Shown here: positions 21,881-31,788 of the stretch, one piece after another
Layout of the letters: each line of letters opens with the position of its first letter
How positions within the stretch are numbered: the stretch's first letter is position 1
Source of the DNA: Candidatus Iainarchaeum sp.
GTDB taxonomy: Archaea; Iainarchaeota; Iainarchaeia; Iainarchaeales; JAAZKV01
Reading direction: 5' to 3'
Assembly (NCBI GenBank): GCA_012799645.1
Contig: JAAZKV010000018.1
Span: forward strand, 41,519 to 105,518
Length of the DNA: 64,000 bases
Notes under the pieces: model-generated
Told to the model about the DNA's origin: nothing
What the model saw: only the letters and a program-made list of their open reading frames with translations
The model's database searches: none
Position numbers and translations under genes: made by a program

Positions 21881-22627
21881 TTATACTAATTCGTTTAATT
21901 TTTTTCCACTAACAAGGTTGGTGGATAGTATAAAAAATACTAAAACAACAAAACTCATAAAAAACCAAGTTAATGTATGCACTAAATTTGAATCAACCCC
22001 CACTATTTCAGAAAAAACAACTACTATTAGCCGGAGAATATTGATTAAAAAAATAACTCCAGCCCCAACAATAAATAACCCTGCTTTTTTGATTAATTCT
22101 AGTTTTCTTAATGAAAAAATTAGTGAAAAAAGAACGCTCATTGTAACAAACCCCAGACAAGAATTAGTAATAATAAATATTTTTTCGTTTAAAAAAATTT
22201 GATTATTTAAAAAAGGTAAATTTAAAACCATAGCAACAATCATTGTTAAAAAATTTGATACTATTGATAAATCAAGAAAAACAATAACAAAACTAATCAT
22301 AAAAAAAAATAGGAAAAATTTTGTTGAAAACCATAACAAATCAAAATTGGTTAAATATTTTTTTGGATCAACAATTTTTTTATTGATGCTTTTATCAACA
22401 TTTGTTTTGTGAACATTTTTATTAGCTATTTTTGCACTAACATTCTTATCCACAATTTTTTTGCTTCCAATTTTAATATTTTTATTGATTTTATTATGCT
22501 TATTAATTCCCTTATTTCCAGCACCCCCATTATTTTCATCATCCCTCTTACCCAAATTGCTTTTAATATCACTATTATTCTTAACCTTCTCGGTATTTTT
22601 CTTGTTTTTGTTTTTTGGTTTGTTCAA
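21881..22627 (-). CDS. Archaeosortase/exosortase-family transpeptidase with a low-complexity N/K-rich N-terminus
   Basis: Multi-TM protein with a Cys-Arg-His triad: ITNSCLG, INILRL, NLVHTLTW. True start uncertain. Confidence 0.75.
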   Translation of the reverse strand: MNKPKNKNKKNTEKVKNNSDIKSNLGKRDDENNGGAGNKGINKHNKINKNIKIGSKKIVDKNVSAKIANKNVHKTNVDKSINKKIVDPKKYLTNFDLLWFSTKFFLFFFMISFVIVFLDLSIVSNFLTMIVAMVLNLPFLNNQIFLNEKIFIITNSCLGFVTMSVLFSLIFSLRKLELIKKAGLFIVGAGVIFLINILRLIVVVFSEIVGVDSNLVHTLTWFFMSFVVLVFFILSTNLVSGKKLNELV

Positions 22628-22632
22628 TTATT

Positions 22633-23142
22633 TCACCAGGGAACTTTTTTTAATTTCAATTTGTATGCTAAAATATTTGTGATGGAGTGCATAAAAATTG
22701 TGATGACTAATAATACTATTATTACTTCAAGTTCGGGAGTTCTTACAAAGGAACTTAAAATTAGTCCTCCTAAAATAAAATCCCATTGGTCGGCTATTGC
22801 CCAATGTGATCCACGTTCAAGACCGATTCTTCTTTTTAAAAAACTTTTACAAATATCTCCCAACATTGCCCCAATTGATAAAAATACAATAAAGGTAAAA
22901 TAATTATCAATTAATTGTGCTTGAGGAATTAAAAAATATATTAACGCTCCTGCTGAAACCCCCACTAGTATTCCACTGAATGTTCCAAGAATTGTTTTCC
23001 CATCACCAAGTATTCGCTTACCGAATAGTTTTTTCCCAAAATCAAGAGGGATTTCCCCGTGCAAAATTATTGGAGCTGCATTCGCGAAATACATTGGAAT
23101 CGCGTAAATTAAAAATAAAAAAAATATTTCTAAAAATTCCAT
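22633..23142 (-). CDS. carS: CDP-archaeol synthase (DUF46)
   Basis: PMYFANAAP, PLDFG, GDGKT, GDICKSFLKRR, DQWDF, KKVPW. Confidence 0.93.
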   Translation of the reverse strand: MEFLEIFFLFLIYAIPMYFANAAPIILHGEIPLDFGKKLFGKRILGDGKTILGTFSGILVGVSAGALIYFLIPQAQLIDNYFTFIVFLSIGAMLGDICKSFLKRRIGLERGSHWAIADQWDFILGGLILSSFVRTPELEVIIVLLVITIFMHSITNILAYKLKLKKVPW

Positions 23143-23186
23143 TTAAATCACTAAAATAATTTTATAAACTAAAAATAAATTTAATT

Positions 23187-23894
23187 TTATAGTAATAAAA
23201 AATACACTATTAATACAAATATTGCTCCTGATGAGGACCCTATTAAATTAACTTGCATATTGTTTAAAATTTTTCTTGATTGGAATATTGCTCCAAATAT
23301 TGAATCAACATTTGATCCTACAATTCCTGCTAATAAAACTAAAAATGAGAGTAATAAATTATTGTATGTAAAATAATAAATTAATGCTATAACAAGTGCT
23401 CCAAAAAAAGCTGCTGTTTCTCCAAGCAATGTTATTCCCCCATCAGTTCCTCTTTGAACTTTTTTTAAAGTTGTAATCATTATTGGGTCTTTTTTTGAAT
23501 GGTAACCAATTTCTGAGGATAATGTGTCAGCGAGTGCTGCGGAGATTGCTGCAAAAAAAGCTAGTTCGAACGCCACTGCATTTTCTGGAAAAATCACTAT
23601 TAAAATTATTGATACTAACGCGGGAAGTGAATTTCCAACAACATTGAATACGTTTCTTTTTTCGTGTTTCTTTTTTGAATAATTACTCGCTATTTCCCCC
23701 AATATAAAAAAAACTACTACTGTAAAGAATGGGATTAATGGACTTGGGGAGTGGGCAGGAGCGTAACTTATTGCAGCGAGTCCAACAATATTCGCTACCA
23801 GCACCCCTTCAAAATCAAGTAATTGTTTGTGGTAAGAAATTATGGAAAAAATTATTAAGAAAATTATTGCTAGCATTAATTGTTCAAAGTACAT
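23187..23894 (-). CDS. DUF92 (TMEM19/VTE6-like) membrane protein
   Basis: ADTLSSEIG, GTDGGITLLG, VDSIFGA, NNMQVN. Confidence 0.88.
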   Translation of the reverse strand: MYFEQLMLAIIFLIIFSIISYHKQLLDFEGVLVANIVGLAAISYAPAHSPSPLIPFFTVVVFFILGEIASNYSKKKHEKRNVFNVVGNSLPALVSIILIVIFPENAVAFELAFFAAISAALADTLSSEIGYHSKKDPIMITTLKKVQRGTDGGITLLGETAAFFGALVIALIYYFTYNNLLLSFLVLLAGIVGSNVDSIFGAIFQSRKILNNMQVNLIGSSSGAIFVLIVYFLLL

Positions 23895-24089
23895 TGATTA
23901 TCAATATTTTATTGGTTAAAACTGATTTATATAGTTTTATATTATAAAAAAAAACCAATTCAATGAATAAGACAAATTCAAAGGAGAAAGAAATTCAAAA
24001 GAAAAAATCCAAATAAAATTAATTCAAATGAAAAAAAATAAATTCTAAAAATAGCGCTTAATTATTAGTAACTTAATTATTAATGGGGG

Positions 24090-24138
24090 ATTATTAGTTG
24101 ATAATTATTGGTTGATAATTATTGGTTGATAATTATTG
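24090..24138. repeat. 14-bp tandem repeat, about 3.5 copies
   Basis: ATTATT(A/G)GTTGATA units. Confidence 0.8.
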
Positions 24139-24197
24139 TCTAATTAATATCGCTAGATTAGTTATTAGTGTTAAATTGTTAAAATTCTAATCGTTAA

Positions 24198-24806
24198 TTA
24201 TTTTTTTTCAATAAATATTCCTTTTGCAGGAATCACTTTTTTTACTAAGAATACTTTTGCTGCTTTTTTAGCTATTTCACTTGACAAGTTTCCAAGTAAT
24301 AAATCTTTTGATATGTCTTCAAAATCTTTTCCGCTTTGTGCTAATAGTTCTTTTTTCATTATTTCTCTTATTCCTGCTTCTTGTCTTCTTGTTGCTTTTC
24401 TATCTGTTATTGCTACTATAGTAAATCTTGCTTCTCCTGTTGTTACAGGAATTTTTTCCGTTAAAGCAATTTTGCTATTTCTTCTTCTAACTGCTCGTCC
24501 TAATGTTCCTTTGTTTATTTCAAATTTTGATAAATTTGTTGAAATATTTTGTCCTTGAACATCAGTTGTTTTTAAATAAATGTACCAATCTCTTTTCATT
24601 CTATTTCCTGTTAATACATCAAGAGTTGTTCTTATTGTTCTGTTGGTAAGATTTTTTGGTTTTTCTGCAGGTGTTTCTGCTATTGGTTTTTTGTCAAATA
24701 TTCTAGAAGCATTAATTGTGAACCATTTTTTCTTTTTCCATTTATCCACTACTCTTCGCGAACCTTTTCCTGCTGATCCCGAAGTTTTTGATTGTTGTGC
24801 AGCCAT
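24198..24806 (-). CDS. rps3ae: 30S ribosomal protein S3Ae (eS1)
   Basis: DKWKKKKWF, ETPA, VRRRNSKI. Confidence 0.9.
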   Translation of the reverse strand: MAAQQSKTSGSAGKGSRRVVDKWKKKKWFTINASRIFDKKPIAETPAEKPKNLTNRTIRTTLDVLTGNRMKRDWYIYLKTTDVQGQNISTNLSKFEINKGTLGRAVRRRNSKIALTEKIPVTTGEARFTIVAITDRKATRRQEAGIREIMKKELLAQSGKDFEDISKDLLLGNLSSEIAKKAAKVFLVKKVIPAKGIFIEKK

Positions 24807-24956
24807 ATAATCAACCTACTTTATTTCCTCATTTTTTATTCTTTAAATAATCATCAATTTTTTTTAATCCAATTATTCCTTCTTCTTTCAATATTATTTT
24901 TTCTCCACCAACTATTTTTTGTTTTAATTTTGCTTTAACCTTTATTGTCATAAAAA

Positions 24957-25382
24957 TTACTTCACTAATAATGCTGCTTGTTCAGCAGAGTATTTCCAAT
25001 CAAGAGGTAATTTTCCATTTTTTGAATAATATTTTCCTAATTTTCTTATTTTTGATACAGTTATTTCATACCCTCTTTTTGCAGAAAAGTCCTTTTTGTT
25101 TTTGTTTAAGTGTTTTTCAAGTATTACACTTCTTCTTATTAAATTTAGTAAATCTTCAGGCATTTCTCCTAATAATTCGTGTTCTGATAATACTTTTTGG
25201 ATTGATTTTCCGTTAGATAATTCGTAAAAATTTTTTACCCCGTATTCATCTCTTAAAATTAGTCCAATTTTGCTTGGAGAGTGACCTGCGTTAGCTAGTG
25301 ATACTATTGTTTCTTCAATTTCTTCAATAGATAATGAATCAGCATTCTTTTTTTCTTTCTTTAATTCTTTCTTTTTAGCCAT
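24957..25382 (-). CDS. rps15: 30S ribosomal protein S15 (uS15)
   Basis: SPSKIGLILRDEYG, PEDLLNLI, SKIRKLGKYY, LPLDWKY. ATG at 25382 chosen from the upstream GTGAT. Confidence 0.93.
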   Translation of the reverse strand: MAKKKELKKEKKNADSLSIEEIEETIVSLANAGHSPSKIGLILRDEYGVKNFYELSNGKSIQKVLSEHELLGEMPEDLLNLIRRSVILEKHLNKNKKDFSAKRGYEITVSKIRKLGKYYSKNGKLPLDWKYSAEQAALLVK

Positions 25383-25396
25383 TTTAATCACTTTAA

Positions 25397-25424
25397 CCTT
25401 TCCACCCATTTCGGTGTGGAAAAG
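25397..25424 (-). promoter_or_regulatory. Stem-loop in rps15 5' leader
   Basis: mRNA CUUUUCCAC-A-CC-GAAAU-GG-GUGGAAAGG, 14 nt before the ATG. TATA-like TTTTTAAA at about 25461-25468. Confidence 0.5.
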
Positions 25425-25569
25425 AACAACAAAATTATAACATAATTCTCTTAGCTAAGGTTTAAAAAGCTTGAGTCAAGGTTTTTAAAAAAAATAGAAA
25501 ATTAATCCGAAAAAAAATTTGGTAAGAAACAAAAAGAAATCACAGGAAAAATTAACCTGCTTTGATCAA

Positions 25570-26187
25570 TTAGTGATACCTTGCTCTTTTTTCTATTTTT
25601 TCCATTTGTTTTATCATTTGTTCATTTGGCGCATATCCTTCCAACACTAATTCCCAACCCTTTTTTAGTGAAGAGTGGGTGGAGTTGAAGGTTTTTTTGA
25701 ACACAACTAAATCTGTTGCTAAATCTTCTGTTTTTTTTGAAAAATAACCTAACCCAAAATCTATGAAAAATATTTTTCCAGAATCTTTTGAGTTTTTATT
25801 ATTAATATAAATTATGTTTGAGGTTGTTAAATCTCCGTGCACTATCCCAACTGAATGCATTTTTTTTATTTCTTTTCCAATCAAAGAACATAATTCTTTT
25901 TTTTCTTCAATTATTTCTTTTACTCTCACTCCATTTAAGTATTCCATTATTATTTCAAAAGAGTTTTCGTTAACTTTTAGTATTCTTGGAGTGTTAATTA
26001 TTTTTGAAGCTTCTTTAATTAGTTTGGCTTCTGCTTTTGTTCTTTTTTTTCTTATATCAAAATCAAGTTTTGGGTTTCGGTAATTTTTAGCAATTCTCTT
26101 TTTGTTAATTGCGGTAATGTTATCAAAAGTTGTTTGTGTTAGTTCTGCCTCTGCTCCTTTTTTATAAAATTTTTCCATAAAAATCAA
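25570..26187 (-). CDS. bud32: KEOPS complex kinase Bud32
   Basis: KGAEA, VHGDLTTSN, IDFGLG, C-terminal RARY. Confidence 0.92.
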   Translation of the reverse strand: MIFMEKFYKKGAEAELTQTTFDNITAINKKRIAKNYRNPKLDFDIRKKRTKAEAKLIKEASKIINTPRILKVNENSFEIIMEYLNGVRVKEIIEEKKELCSLIGKEIKKMHSVGIVHGDLTTSNIIYINNKNSKDSGKIFFIDFGLGYFSKKTEDLATDLVVFKKTFNSTHSSLKKGWELVLEGYAPNEQMIKQMEKIEKRARYH

Positions 26188-26198
26188 TTAAATTAAAA

Positions 26199-26690
26199 TT
26201 AGTTTAAGGTTGAACAAATATTCCTCATTTCAATTTTTGTGGTGGTGCAAGTGTTTAAGTAATCTTGAACTGTTTCTTTTTGTCCACTTCGTAGTTGTTG
26301 TAATTCGTTTGAATTTAGTGCGTTGAGTTTTTCAAGCGCTTTTTGTGAAATATTTTCACAAACAATTGTTGTTTGGTATGCGTTTATTACTGCTATTGAT
26401 TTACAATTTTCTTTTAGCATATCAATAGAGTTTAGTTGTCTTGTTAGTGATAGAACTTGGTAAAATGATTGAGCGGAGTATAGTTCAGCATCAGCAAGAG
26501 TTGATGGTAAATTTAGTTCTATTAGTTCGTTTGTGTAATCAAGCAGTATTTTTTCGTTGGGAACAAAAGCGGTTGTCATTCCATATTTTTCTTGTAATTG
26601 ATTAATTTTTTGAACATCATTTGTTAAATTTATGCACCCAAATAGTGTAAAAATTAATAGTATGAGTGAGAATATTGTGAATTTTTTCAT
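26199..26690 (-). CDS. Putative lipoprotein / secreted helical protein
   Basis: MKKF plus hydrophobic stretch plus lipobox-like LFGC. Confidence 0.6.
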   Translation of the reverse strand: MKKFTIFSLILLIFTLFGCINLTNDVQKINQLQEKYGMTTAFVPNEKILLDYTNELIELNLPSTLADAELYSAQSFYQVLSLTRQLNSIDMLKENCKSIAVINAYQTTIVCENISQKALEKLNALNSNELQQLRSGQKETVQDYLNTCTTTKIEMRNICSTLN

Positions 26691-26763
26691 ACAAATTATA
26701 AGGAATAGTTATTATTAAATTCTTTCTTTTAATAAAAAAAAACAAATTATTTGTCCAAAAAAT

Positions 26764-27900
26764 TTACCCAAATATTTTTTCAAATAATCCTTTTCTTTTT
26801 TTTGAAGCATTTTCTTCACTTTTTAGTGATTCTAGTATTTCTTTTTGTTTTTTTGTTAGTTTTTTTGGTGTTTCAACTATTACTTTTACATATTCGTCTC
26901 CGAAAGAGTTTGAATTTAGTTTTTTTATTCCTTTTCCTTTCATTTTGAATATTGTTCCTGTTTGAGTTCCTGCAGGGATTTTTAGATCTGCTTTTCCTTT
27001 TAGTGTTGGAACTTCTACTGTTGCACCGAGCGCTGCTTCAGAGAAACTTATTGGAATCTCTGTGTAAATATCTTCGTCATCTCTTTTGAATACATCGTGT
27101 TTTTCTACGAGTATTACTAAAAATAAATCTCCTGCTCCTTGTCTCCCTTCATTTCCTTTTCCTTGTAATCTTAAATGATTTCCTGTGTTTATTCCGGCAG
27201 GGATTTTTACGTTTAGTTTTTCTAATTGTTCTTTGATTCCTTCGCCGTTACAATTTTTACATTCTTTTTCAGGGATTTTTCTTTTTCCTTTGCATTTACT
27301 GCAAGTTGTTTGCATTTGGAAAATTCCAAAAGGGGTTCTTTGTTGTTTTACTTCAATTCCTCTTCCATTACAAGTGGGGCAAGTTTTTAATTCTCCTTCT
27401 GCTCCACTCCCTCCGCATTTTTCGCATTTAACTAATCTGTCGTATTTTATTTCTTTTGTTATTCCAAAAGCAGCTTCGTCAAATTTTAGGTGTATTGTTA
27501 TTTTTATGTTTGATCCTAAATCTTTATTCTCTCGTCTTGTTCCTCTTCTTGAACCAAATAAGTCCCCCATATCTCCAAATCCAAATCCGCCAAATCCTGT
27601 GAAATTGTTGAATAAGTCTTCAAAGTCAAAGTCCATTCCTTGTCCGAATCCTTGTTGGGTATATCCTGAAAAGTTTTTGAATGCTTCCCCATAGTTGTCA
27701 TAATTTTGTCTTTTTTCTGGATCGGATAATACTGAATAAGCTTCGTTTATTTCTTTGAATTTTTTTTCTGCATCTTGTTCTTTTGATACATCAGGATGAT
27801 ATTTTTTTGCTAGATCTTTGTATGCTTTTTTTATTTCGTCAAGAGTTGCTCCTTTTTTTAGTCCAAGTGTAGCATAATAATCTTGACTCACAATAATCAA
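26764..27900 (-). CDS. dnaJ: Chaperone DnaJ (likely GTG start at 27891)
   Basis: J-domain HPD, G/F-rich region, four CxxCxGxG-type repeats. Confidence 0.97.
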   Translation of the reverse strand: MIIVSQDYYATLGLKKGATLDEIKKAYKDLAKKYHPDVSKEQDAEKKFKEINEAYSVLSDPEKRQNYDNYGEAFKNFSGYTQQGFGQGMDFDFEDLFNNFTGFGGFGFGDMGDLFGSRRGTRRENKDLGSNIKITIHLKFDEAAFGITKEIKYDRLVKCEKCGGSGAEGELKTCPTCNGRGIEVKQQRTPFGIFQMQTTCSKCKGKRKIPEKECKNCNGEGIKEQLEKLNVKIPAGINTGNHLRLQGKGNEGRQGAGDLFLVILVEKHDVFKRDDEDIYTEIPISFSEAALGATVEVPTLKGKADLKIPAGTQTGTIFKMKGKGIKKLNSNSFGDEYVKVIVETPKKLTKKQKEILESLKSEENASKKRKGLFEKIFG

Positions 27901-28256
27901 ACTCCACTTAATAATCTTTAACTAATAATCCAACAAAAATAATCCACCTAAATTAATTTAATTAAATTAATTCAAATTGAACCAATTATTTTATCATTAA
28001 AATTTTATCAAAATAATTTTTAAAATAATTTTAAAAATATTTTTAAAAAAAACCTACATTTACTTTTTTTACACCACTAATTTTTATCCACTAATTTTTA
28101 CTTATTAATTTTTTTAATAATTTTATCACTAATTTTTATTCAATACTTTTATTTTTAATTATTTTTTCTTTTTTAATTCTATTTTTTTTATTTTATTTAT
28201 TGATTTTATCCCTGACTTTGCCCTCATTTATTTTAATTCAAAAGGTTTAAGAAGTA

Positions 28257-28285
28257 GGTTTTGCTAACTTTTCAGCTAGCAAACC
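28257..28285 (-). other. GNRA-tetraloop hairpin between dnaK and dnaJ
   Basis: Minus strand UUUGCUAGCU-GAAA-AGUUAGCAAA (10 bp including one G-U). Confidence 0.55.
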
Positions 28286-28422
28286 ACACCTCTTTTTTTT
28301 GTTGATTATTGTTTTGAATATCATTTTTTGTTTTTTCTTTTAATTCAATTTCTTTTTTTCCAACCTTTGTTTTTGGAATTGTTTTTTGTTCGGTTTTTTC
28401 AATGTTGTTTTGGTTTGTTTCG

Positions 28423-30288
28423 TTATTTTTTGTCCGATTTTTCTTCAAAATCTGCATCAACAACTTTTTCATTATCATTTCCCCCTTTTGAATTTTCTTG
28501 TGTGTTTGTTGTGCCAGTGTTTGGTTGTTCTTGTTGTGCTTTTTGATATACTTCTGATCCAACTTCTTGTAGTATTTTGTTTAATTCTTCCATTTTTGTT
28601 TTTATTGTTTGAGGTGATTTTTCTTCTTTTGCCATTTCGTCTTTTAGTTCTTTTAGTCCTGTTTCTATTTTTGTTTTGTGTGTTTCTGAAATTTTGTCTT
28701 TTAGTTCTTCTAACATTTTTTCTGTGCTGTATATTGTTGCATCAGCGTTGTTTAGTATTTCTATTTCTTCTTTTATTTTTTTGTCTTCTTCTGCGTGACT
28801 TTCTGCTTCTTTTTTCATTCTTTCTATTTCTTCTTCTTTTAGTTTTTGTGATGCTACAATTTTGATGCTTGTTTCTTTTCCTGTTCCTTTGTCTTTTGCT
28901 GTTACGTGAACTATTCCATTTGCGTCAATATCAAATGTTACTTCTATTTGTGGAACTCCTCTTGGTGCTGGGAGTATTCCTGTTAGTTGGAATCTTCCCA
29001 AAGATTTGTTGTCTTTTGCTAGTGGTCTTTCTCCTTGGATTACATTGATATCAACTGTTGGTTGATTATCCGCTGCTGTTGAAAACACTTGGCTCTTTTT
29101 TGTTGGAATTGTAGTGTTTCTATCAATTATTTTTGTTGATACTCCCCCAAGTGTTTCTATTCCTAAACTTAGTGGAGTTACATCAAGCAATAACACATCT
29201 TTTACTTCTCCTGCTAGCACTCCTGCTTGTACTGCTGCCCCTATTGAAACACATTCCATTGGGTCTACTCCTCTTTCTGGTTCAACCCCTGTTATTTTTT
29301 TTACAAAGTTTTGAACTGTTGGCATTCTTGTTGGACCACCAACTAATATTACTTTGTTTAATTCTGCTGCAGTTATTTTTGCATCAGCTAATGCTTGAGT
29401 GATTGGTTTTTCACATCTTTGAATTATTGGTTTAATTAATTCTTCAAGTTTTGCTCTGTTTATTTTCATTGTTAAGTGTTTTGGCCCGCTTTGATCCGCA
29501 GTAATGTATGGTAAGTTAATATCCGTTTCTAGAACTGTTGATAGTTCTATTTTTGCTTTTTCTGCTGCTTCTCTTACTCTTTGCATTGCCATTGAGTCTT
29601 TCTTTAGATCTACTCCTTGTTCTTTTTTGAATTCTTCCACAATATAATTTAGAACAGCTTCATCCATATCTGTTCCACCAAGTTCGGTGTCCCCTGATGT
29701 TGATTTTACTTCAAACACTCCTGAACCGAGTTCCATTATTGTTACATCAAGAGTTCCTCCCCCTAAATCAAACACTAATATTTTTGCGTCTTTGTTTTGT
29801 TTGTCTAATCCATAAGCTAGTGCTGCTGATGTTGGTTCGTTTATTATTCTTATTACTTCAAGTCCTGCAATTGCTCCTGCATCTTTTGTTGCTTGTCTTT
29901 GATTATCATCAAAGTATGCTGGCACAGTGATTACTGCTTTTTCTATTTTTTCTCCTAAAAAGCTTTCCGCATCCCTTTTTATTTTTTGTAAAATAAATGC
30001 TGAAATTTGTTGAGGAGTGTATTCTTTTGAATCAATTTTGTATTTGTGGTTTGTTCCCATTTTTCTTTTTGCTTTTGTTATTGTTCTTTCTGGGTTTGTT
30101 ACTGCTTGTCTTCTTGCTGGTTCTCCCACAAGGATTTTTCCATCTTTTGAAAACGCTACGTAACTTGGGAAAGCTTTTCCATACATTGTGTTTCCTTCTG
30201 CTGATGGAATAATTTTTCCTTTTCCTCCTTCAAGTACTGCTGCTGCACTATTACTCGTACCTAAATCAATTCCAATTATTTTACTCAT
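28423..30288 (-). CDS. dnaK: Chaperone DnaK (Hsp70)
   Basis: [37 protein letters not shown]. Confidence 0.98.
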   Translation of the reverse strand: MSKIIGIDLGTSNSAAAVLEGGKGKIIPSAEGNTMYGKAFPSYVAFSKDGKILVGEPARRQAVTNPERTITKAKRKMGTNHKYKIDSKEYTPQQISAFILQKIKRDAESFLGEKIEKAVITVPAYFDDNQRQATKDAGAIAGLEVIRIINEPTSAALAYGLDKQNKDAKILVFDLGGGTLDVTIMELGSGVFEVKSTSGDTELGGTDMDEAVLNYIVEEFKKEQGVDLKKDSMAMQRVREAAEKAKIELSTVLETDINLPYITADQSGPKHLTMKINRAKLEELIKPIIQRCEKPITQALADAKITAAELNKVILVGGPTRMPTVQNFVKKITGVEPERGVDPMECVSIGAAVQAGVLAGEVKDVLLLDVTPLSLGIETLGGVSTKIIDRNTTIPTKKSQVFSTAADNQPTVDINVIQGERPLAKDNKSLGRFQLTGILPAPRGVPQIEVTFDIDANGIVHVTAKDKGTGKETSIKIVASQKLKEEEIERMKKEAESHAEEDKKIKEEIEILNNADATIYSTEKMLEELKDKISETHKTKIETGLKELKDEMAKEEKSPQTIKTKMEELNKILQEVGSEVYQKAQQEQPNTGTTNTQENSKGGNDNEKVVDADFEEKSDKK

Positions 30289-30340
30289 AAAACCACACTC
30301 CTTTTTTTAAAAATAATTTTTTAAAAATAAATAAACTCAT

Positions 30341-31057
30341 TTATTTCTTTATATCTCCATTTACTCCCCCATTCATTTCTACTTTATCTTCTTTTTTAAT
30401 TTCTTTTCCTTCTAATTCTTTTTCATTTTCAATTTCTTTTTCTTCAATTTTTTTATCACCAACATTTATATTTTTTCCAATTTCTTTTCCATTTTCAATT
30501 TCTTTTTCTTCAATTTTATTCTCTTCAATTTTATTTTCACTAATTTTGTTTTCCACCAAATTTTCTTTTTTACCATTTGAAATGCTTACTTTTGCTGGTC
30601 TTAATATTTTTTTATTTAACAAATATCCATTCAATAACACTTTGGTTATTTTATCTTCATTGAGTAATGAATTTTCTTTAACTAAACAATCCATTGTTTC
30701 GTGATCAAAATCATCCCCTTCACAAATGTTTATTTTTTCCAACCCGTTTTTTTTCAAAATTGAGTAAAGTTGTTCATAAACTAAAACAAATTCTTTATTG
30801 TGTTTTACTCCTTGTTCCAAAGTATCAAGCACTGAAAGTAATTGTTCTATTATTGATGCGTTTGCAAATTCTTTATATTCTTGATTTGATTTAATGGTTC
30901 TTTTTTGGTAATTCTCAAATTCTGCTTGAAGTCTTTGCAATGTTTCTGTTAATTCTTTAATTTTTTCCTGATCCTTATTTAATTCGTTCTTATTCTCTAT
31001 TTTTTGTTCATTTTTTTGGGAATTAACACTATTAATTTTGTTGTCTTTTTGATTCAT
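30341..31057 (-). CDS. grpE: Nucleotide exchange factor GrpE with repetitive K/E C-terminal tail
   Basis: LQRLQAEFENYQKR, GYLLNKKILRPAKV. Confidence 0.93.
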   Translation of the reverse strand: MNQKDNKINSVNSQKNEQKIENKNELNKDQEKIKELTETLQRLQAEFENYQKRTIKSNQEYKEFANASIIEQLLSVLDTLEQGVKHNKEFVLVYEQLYSILKKNGLEKINICEGDDFDHETMDCLVKENSLLNEDKITKVLLNGYLLNKKILRPAKVSISNGKKENLVENKISENKIEENKIEEKEIENGKEIGKNINVGDKKIEEKEIENEKELEGKEIKKEDKVEMNGGVNGDIKK

Positions 31058-31109
31058 TTATATCACAATAATGAAAAATTGGGCCAATATATTTAAAAAA
31101 CTATCTTGA

Positions 31110-31150
31110 TTGTTTAAAGAGTTTGGACAAAATGCGTATAGTTTAGACAA
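31110..31150. promoter_or_regulatory. Candidate operator between divergent grpE and wHTH promoters
   Basis: Direct repeat AGTTT(G/A)GACAA at 31120 and 31140 plus an imperfect inverted copy TTGTTTAAA at 31110. Flanked by TATA-like boxes (31091-31100 on the minus strand; TTTATAAA 31153-31160 on the plus strand). Confidence 0.45.
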
Positions 31151-31183
31151 TATTTATAAATTGTTCGGGGTATAAAAGTTATT

Positions 31184-31705
31184 ATGAAGCACAAGATTGA
31201 AAAAAATGATTTAACTCAAATTCAATTTTCTGATGAATCTCACGCTCTTCCAATATTGAAGAGTTCTTTAAGAAGGGAATCTCCTAAAAGAAGCAAATTT
31301 AAATTAACTATTAGGAAAGTGAATTTTTCTGATAATCAAGATTTTGATAGCAAAATTGCTTGGATTTGTTCTTCGCTTGGTTTTTTTGAACACATTGATA
31401 AAAACAAAAACGCGGCAGCGATTTTTAAAGAAATATTTTTAGCAACCTCAATGGGACAAGTACTCACAAGCACTACAATTGCTCAAAGAATTGGAATGAG
31501 TAGAGGGAGCACAATTAATCATTTGAATAAACTAGTTAGATCAGGACTAGTAGAAAAAAATGGGAGATATTATTATTCAAGAAATAAAACTATGCAAGGA
31601 ACAATTAATGAAATTGAAGATGATTTGTTGCACATATTTTCCAGAATAAAAAAAATTGCCGAAAACATTGATGCTGAAACCGGAAGCATTATTAGAATGA
31701 AATAA
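31184..31705 (+). CDS. Winged-helix (ArsR/TrmB-like) transcriptional regulator
   Basis: LTSTTIAQRIGMSRGSTINHLNKLVRSGLVEK HTH. Confidence 0.85.
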   Translation: MKHKIEKNDLTQIQFSDESHALPILKSSLRRESPKRSKFKLTIRKVNFSDNQDFDSKIAWICSSLGFFEHIDKNKNAAAIFKEIFLATSMGQVLTSTTIAQRIGMSRGSTINHLNKLVRSGLVEKNGRYYYSRNKTMQGTINEIEDDLLHIFSRIKKIAENIDAETGSIIRMK

Positions 31706-31788
31706 ACTTTGTTAATAATAACTAAAAAAGTATTCAATTAAAACCCGAACTAACATTTTTAAATTCTAAAATCATTGTTTTTGTTGAT

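Noticed and set aside
28272-28562. 96-aa ORF overlapping the dnaK 3' end
   Set aside because: Alternate-frame overlap running into an A-rich spacer, low complexity, no SD.
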